Shown one piece after another: positions 39,081 through 42,162 of a stretch of DNA of 42,162 bases. How positions within the stretch are numbered: position 1 is the first letter of the stretch; each line of letters starts with the position of its first letter. The DNA lies in NCBI GenBank assembly GCA_944390035.1, contig CALXOP010000035.1, forward strand, positions 1 through 42,162, in the 5' to 3' direction. Source of the stretch: an uncultured Alphaproteobacteria bacterium (lineage in GTDB: Bacteria; Pseudomonadota; Alphaproteobacteria; RF32; CAG-239). The notes under the pieces are model-generated. The model saw nothing but the letters and a program-made list of their open reading frames with translations, made no database searches and was not told the origin of the DNA. The position numbers were made by a program, and so were the translations under genes.

Positions 39081-39138
39081 GTTAGACATAAAAATACAAA
39101 ATTAAGCTGTTCTTAAATCGAAAAGTCATTTTTGTCAA
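39081..39138 (-). promoter_or_regulatory. Promoter plus shared leader motif, copy 3
   Basis: TTGACA (39138-39133)-N17-TAAGAA, then TATTTTTATGTCTAAC (39096-39081). Confidence 0.55.
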
Positions 39139-39139
39139 T

Positions 39140-39165
39140 AAAAAAAGGCCCTCAATTGAGAGCCT
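39140..39165 (-). terminator. Intrinsic terminator of tyrS
   Basis: Minus strand AGGCTCTC-aatt-GAGGGCCT followed by a T tract. Confidence 0.75.
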
Positions 39166-39186
39166 CGATAACCTAAACTCTTTTAA

Positions 39187-40443
39187 CTAAGCAATTTTAA
39201 TCAAACCGTGTTTTTTCTTGCCTTGAGAGAGCTTAATCTGCCCGTCAATCACATCGGCTGAAGAAAATTTGTAGTTTTCATCGCTCACAACTTGGTCATT
39301 GATTTTGAGACCTGCTTGTTTGACCAAACGGCGACCTTCACCTTTGCTGGCGATAAAACCAAGCTCCACAAAGGCATCAAGCATCGACAATCCCTCAACG
39401 CTTGCTTTTTCAAGACAAGGCAAATCACCTCCTGCCAAACCTTTTTCAAAAGTGGCAATGGCGGTTTCTTGAGCGGTTTTGGCTTCTTCTTCGCCACGAC
39501 AAATTTTGGTTGCCTCAAAGGCCAAAATTTTCTTAGCTTCGTTAATTTCTTGGTCTTTAAGGGCTTCCAAGCGTCTGATTTCATCCATCGGTAAATCGGT
39601 ATAAATACGCAAACATTTGCCCACTTCGGCATCACCGATGTTACGAAAATATTGATAGTAGTTATAGCTGGGGAGTTTTTCTTCATTAATCCAAACCGCA
39701 TTTCCTTCGGATTTACCCATTTTTTTACCGTTTGAATCGGTAATAATCGGGCTGGTAAAACCAAAGAGCTCAACATCATATTTTCTGCGTCCGAGTTCGG
39801 TACCGGATGTAATATTTCCCCATTGGTCGGAGCCGGCAATTTGCGCCCGGCAACCATATTTTTGGAAGAGTTCGCAAAAGTCATATCCTTGCAATAACAT
39901 ATAGTTAAATTCCAAGAAAGACATAGGTTGCTCTCTGTCCAAGCGAGTTTTCACGCTGTCCATGGTCAGCATGCGGTTAACCGAATAATAAGTCCCGATG
40001 TCGCGCAAAAAGGCAAGGTAATTAATATCCTTAAACCAGTCCCAGTTATCAACCATCACGGCGTCATTTGCCCCGTTTCCGAATTTCAAGAACTTGGAGA
40101 AAGATTTTTTCAAACCCTCAATATTGTGTTTGAGTGTTTCTTCATCCAAAAACGGACGGAGTTTGTCTTTCCCTGACGGGTCACCGATTCGAGCCGTCGC
40201 GCCCCCGACCAAAGTTAAAGGTTTGTGGCCGCATTTTTGGAACCAACGCATCATCATCAAGGGGACGATATGTCCGACATGCAAGCTGTCTCCGGTAGGA
40301 TCAGAGCCCAAGTAGCCGACAGCTGGTTTTCCAGATTTTTCGCACTCATACAAGTAAGCATCAAAGGCGCTTTCATTAGTGCATTGATTGTAAAAACCGC
40401 GTTCCATCATAATATTTAAAAATTCAGATTTAAATTGGCTCAT
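39187..40443 (-). CDS. tyrS: Tyrosine--tRNA ligase
   Basis: DPTGDSLHVGH, IGDPSGK, EFNYMLLQGYDF, GSDQWGNI, KMGKS, C-terminal S4 domain. Confidence 0.98.
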   Translation of the reverse strand: MSQFKSEFLNIMMERGFYNQCTNESAFDAYLYECEKSGKPAVGYLGSDPTGDSLHVGHIVPLMMMRWFQKCGHKPLTLVGGATARIGDPSGKDKLRPFLDEETLKHNIEGLKKSFSKFLKFGNGANDAVMVDNWDWFKDINYLAFLRDIGTYYSVNRMLTMDSVKTRLDREQPMSFLEFNYMLLQGYDFCELFQKYGCRAQIAGSDQWGNITSGTELGRRKYDVELFGFTSPIITDSNGKKMGKSEGNAVWINEEKLPSYNYYQYFRNIGDAEVGKCLRIYTDLPMDEIRRLEALKDQEINEAKKILAFEATKICRGEEEAKTAQETAIATFEKGLAGGDLPCLEKASVEGLSMLDAFVELGFIASKGEGRRLVKQAGLKINDQVVSDENYKFSSADVIDGQIKLSQGKKKHGLIKIA

Positions 40444-40559
40444 TTTTCCTTATCCCAAACAAAAATAAAACAGCTAAAAATAGCTGAAGTTTCATAAATT
40501 CTTAACCGATAATATCATATAATTCCGACAATGCAACAACAGAGGTCAATTTTTTTACC

Positions 40560-41678
40560 ATGACTTTAATAAAACCCTTAAACGCAATCGGCTTATTGAG
40601 TACTTCTTCACTTGAAGGCGTATATATAGCCTTGCTCAATACCGACGGGGTAGATGTCTATGATTTTGGGCCTCTGCAACATATTCCATACGATGAAAGC
40701 CTAAGAGAAAAAATAAGACCTCTGTTTGGTACTTGTCCTTACACGGATGAGGCCATCCGCGGGTATAATGAAATCAATGAAGAACTCACGCGCTTTCATG
40801 CCGAAGTTGTGAAAGACTATATTGCCACCCATGGTTTAGAAGTAGATATAATTGGCTATGAGGGTGTTACTTTATATTGCAATCCCGCAGAACATCAAAT
40901 TGTCCAACTGGGCAACGGCGAACTTTTATCTCGCCTCACGGGAATAAAGGTCGTTCACGATTTTCACAAAGCAGACCTTCGTTCCGGCGGGCAAGGTTTT
41001 CCTTTAGAGCCGGTTTACTATAATGCTTTGTGCGGAGATATCGGCAAACCGTTGGCCATTGTAAATATTACCGGAATTTCGCGTATCACTTGGATTGGCA
41101 CTTACGGCGAAATGGCGGCGTTTGATTGCGGCCCGGGCAATGCTGCGATAGATGAATGGGTCAGAAAACACGGCGGAATGCACATGGACTATAATGGCAA
41201 ATTAGCCATAACCGGAAAGGTTAATGAGCAAATAGTAGCCACCATGATGAAACATAAATACTTTGCCAAATATCCGCCCAAGTCGGTTTCCCGCCATGAG
41301 TTTGTTGAAAAATTGGAGCACCTTGAGGGCTTGAATTTGGCTGACGGAGCTGCCACGGCCACGGCCTTTGTTGCCGAAGCAATCGCTTATTCTTTGTTGC
41401 TTTATTTGCCGGAGATTCCCAAAATTGTGATTGTTTGCGGCGGGGGAGCCAAAAACCCGACCATTTTAAGATTTTTGCGTCAACGCTTACCCGAAATGTC
41501 AATTCACACGGCTGCCGAAGAGGGGCTGAATACCAACTCTTTACCGGCGCAAGCCTATGCTTTTTTGAGCGTCAGACGCCTATACAATTTACCGATAAGT
41601 TTTCCCTCAACCACGGGTGTGCCGGAGCCGATGTCCGGCGGAGAAATAAGTACACCCTCTCTAGCGGAAAACGCCTAA
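40560..41678 (+). CDS. anmK: Anhydro-N-acetylmuramic acid kinase homologue with a degenerate active site
   Basis: Divergent from tyrS (usual synteny); QLGNG, GGQG.PL, FDCGPGN, PPKS, CGGGAKN, P.TTG retained, several invariant residues changed. Confidence 0.8.
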   Translation: MTLIKPLNAIGLLSTSSLEGVYIALLNTDGVDVYDFGPLQHIPYDESLREKIRPLFGTCPYTDEAIRGYNEINEELTRFHAEVVKDYIATHGLEVDIIGYEGVTLYCNPAEHQIVQLGNGELLSRLTGIKVVHDFHKADLRSGGQGFPLEPVYYNALCGDIGKPLAIVNITGISRITWIGTYGEMAAFDCGPGNAAIDEWVRKHGGMHMDYNGKLAITGKVNEQIVATMMKHKYFAKYPPKSVSRHEFVEKLEHLEGLNLADGAATATAFVAEAIAYSLLLYLPEIPKIVIVCGGGAKNPTILRFLRQRLPEMSIHTAAEEGLNTNSLPAQAYAFLSVRRLYNLPISFPSTTGVPEPMSGGEISTPSLAENA

Positions 41679-41722
41679 AACAGAATTAACAATATTATTA
41701 TAAACTAAAACCATAAAAATTT

Positions 41723-41866
41723 ATGAAAACGATTGATTTCAGCGGTCAAAAAGTCACAGAAGCCAAAGGTCCGCAAAAAAATGTCTGGTACAAAGACTTG
41801 GTAATTATTTTGTTCTTGGTAATGATGTTTTATTACATGATATTCGGCGAAGCTCCCGTGATGTAA
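41723..41866 (+). CDS. Small single-TM protein (47 aa), absent from the ORF track
   Basis: MKTIDFSGQKVTEAKGPQKNVWYKDLVIILFLVMMFYYMIFGEAPVM*; A-rich SD-less leader; terminator follows. Confidence 0.55.
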   Translation: MKTIDFSGQKVTEAKGPQKNVWYKDLVIILFLVMMFYYMIFGEAPVM

Positions 41867-41888
41867 TCATTGCCCCTAACGCTCACTC

Positions 41889-41929
41889 AAAAAACCATAT
41901 AAGGCCCGCAAAGCCCTTATGGTTTTTTT
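41889..41929 (+). terminator. Intrinsic terminator
   Basis: AAAAAACCA(TA)TAAGG...CCTTATGGTTTTTTT imperfect stem with a T7 tail. Confidence 0.6.
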
Positions 41930-41954
41930 GTTTTCTAAAACCGATAGATTCTGT

Positions 41955-41983
41955 TTGACTCGCTAGAAAAGTTGTATTAAATT
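41955..41983 (+). promoter_or_regulatory. Sigma70-like promoter
   Basis: TTGACT-N17-TAAATT. Confidence 0.55.
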
Positions 41984-42014
41984 TTTGAAAGATTTTCAAA
42001 AGAAAGAGAAACAG

Positions 42015-42062
42015 ATGCAAATAAATATCATAAATCATATTCCGTTCATTATTATCCCTTAG
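42015..42062 (+). other. Candidate Ile-rich leader peptide (15 aa)
   Basis: MQINIINHIPFIIIP*, 7 of 15 codons Ile, after a promoter and purine-rich AGAAAGAG. Confidence 0.35.
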
Positions 42063-42151
42063 GGGATTGCATCATATTTCATACATATCAAATTCATCAA
42101 TTTCAAAAATTTTAAGTTTTAATAATCAATACAGATACAAGGTGTTTAAGG

Positions 42152-42162
42152 ATGACTAAACA
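42152..42162 (+). CDS. Probable start of a CDS truncated by the window edge
   Basis: AAGGTG SD-like sequence, then ATG ACT AAA CA. Confidence 0.3.

Noticed and set aside
39285-39884. 199-aa alternative-frame ORF inside tyrS, and other nested or antisense ORFs in the track
   Set aside because: Shadow ORFs of well-supported genes, with no motifs or RBS

Overview
A 42 kb chromosomal window (low-to-moderate GC) that gene order (yfgM-bamB-der; tyrS divergent from anmK) and protein sequences place in Alphaproteobacteria. A host-associated, fermentative lineage such as gut RF32 is plausible but only inferred. Most content is housekeeping: der, bamB, yfgM, a PAS-GGDEF cyclase, an RlmD-like methyltransferase, tkt, phoB, rpe, class II fba, tgt, a LOG-family protein, an LDH-family enzyme, an MFS and two ABC exporters, lemA-DUF3137, fused spmAB, dtd, a DUF4381-batA-batB/C-batD cluster, tyrS and anmK. 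I saw no rRNA, tRNA, CRISPR array, transposase, integrase or reverse transcriptase. The main signals not explained by standard annotation are: (1) small orphan genes inserted between core genes as promoter-leader-ORF-terminator units sharing an SD-less TATTTTTATGTYTAA-type leader, near-identical over about 38 bp in two adjacent units; (2) an AnmK homologue in its usual position with many invariant active-site residues replaced; (3) an ORF-less promoter-hairpin-terminator unit after tkt (candidate sRNA); (4) an Ile-rich candidate leader peptide at the right edge; (5) a mosaic Cys-rich/DUF1566-like secreted protein at the left edge; (6) a bat cluster lacking moxR/DUF58, a CtrA-box-like promoter on an orphan phoB, and an LDH with an atypical specificity loop. 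All family calls come from recognising motifs by eye; no searches were run.
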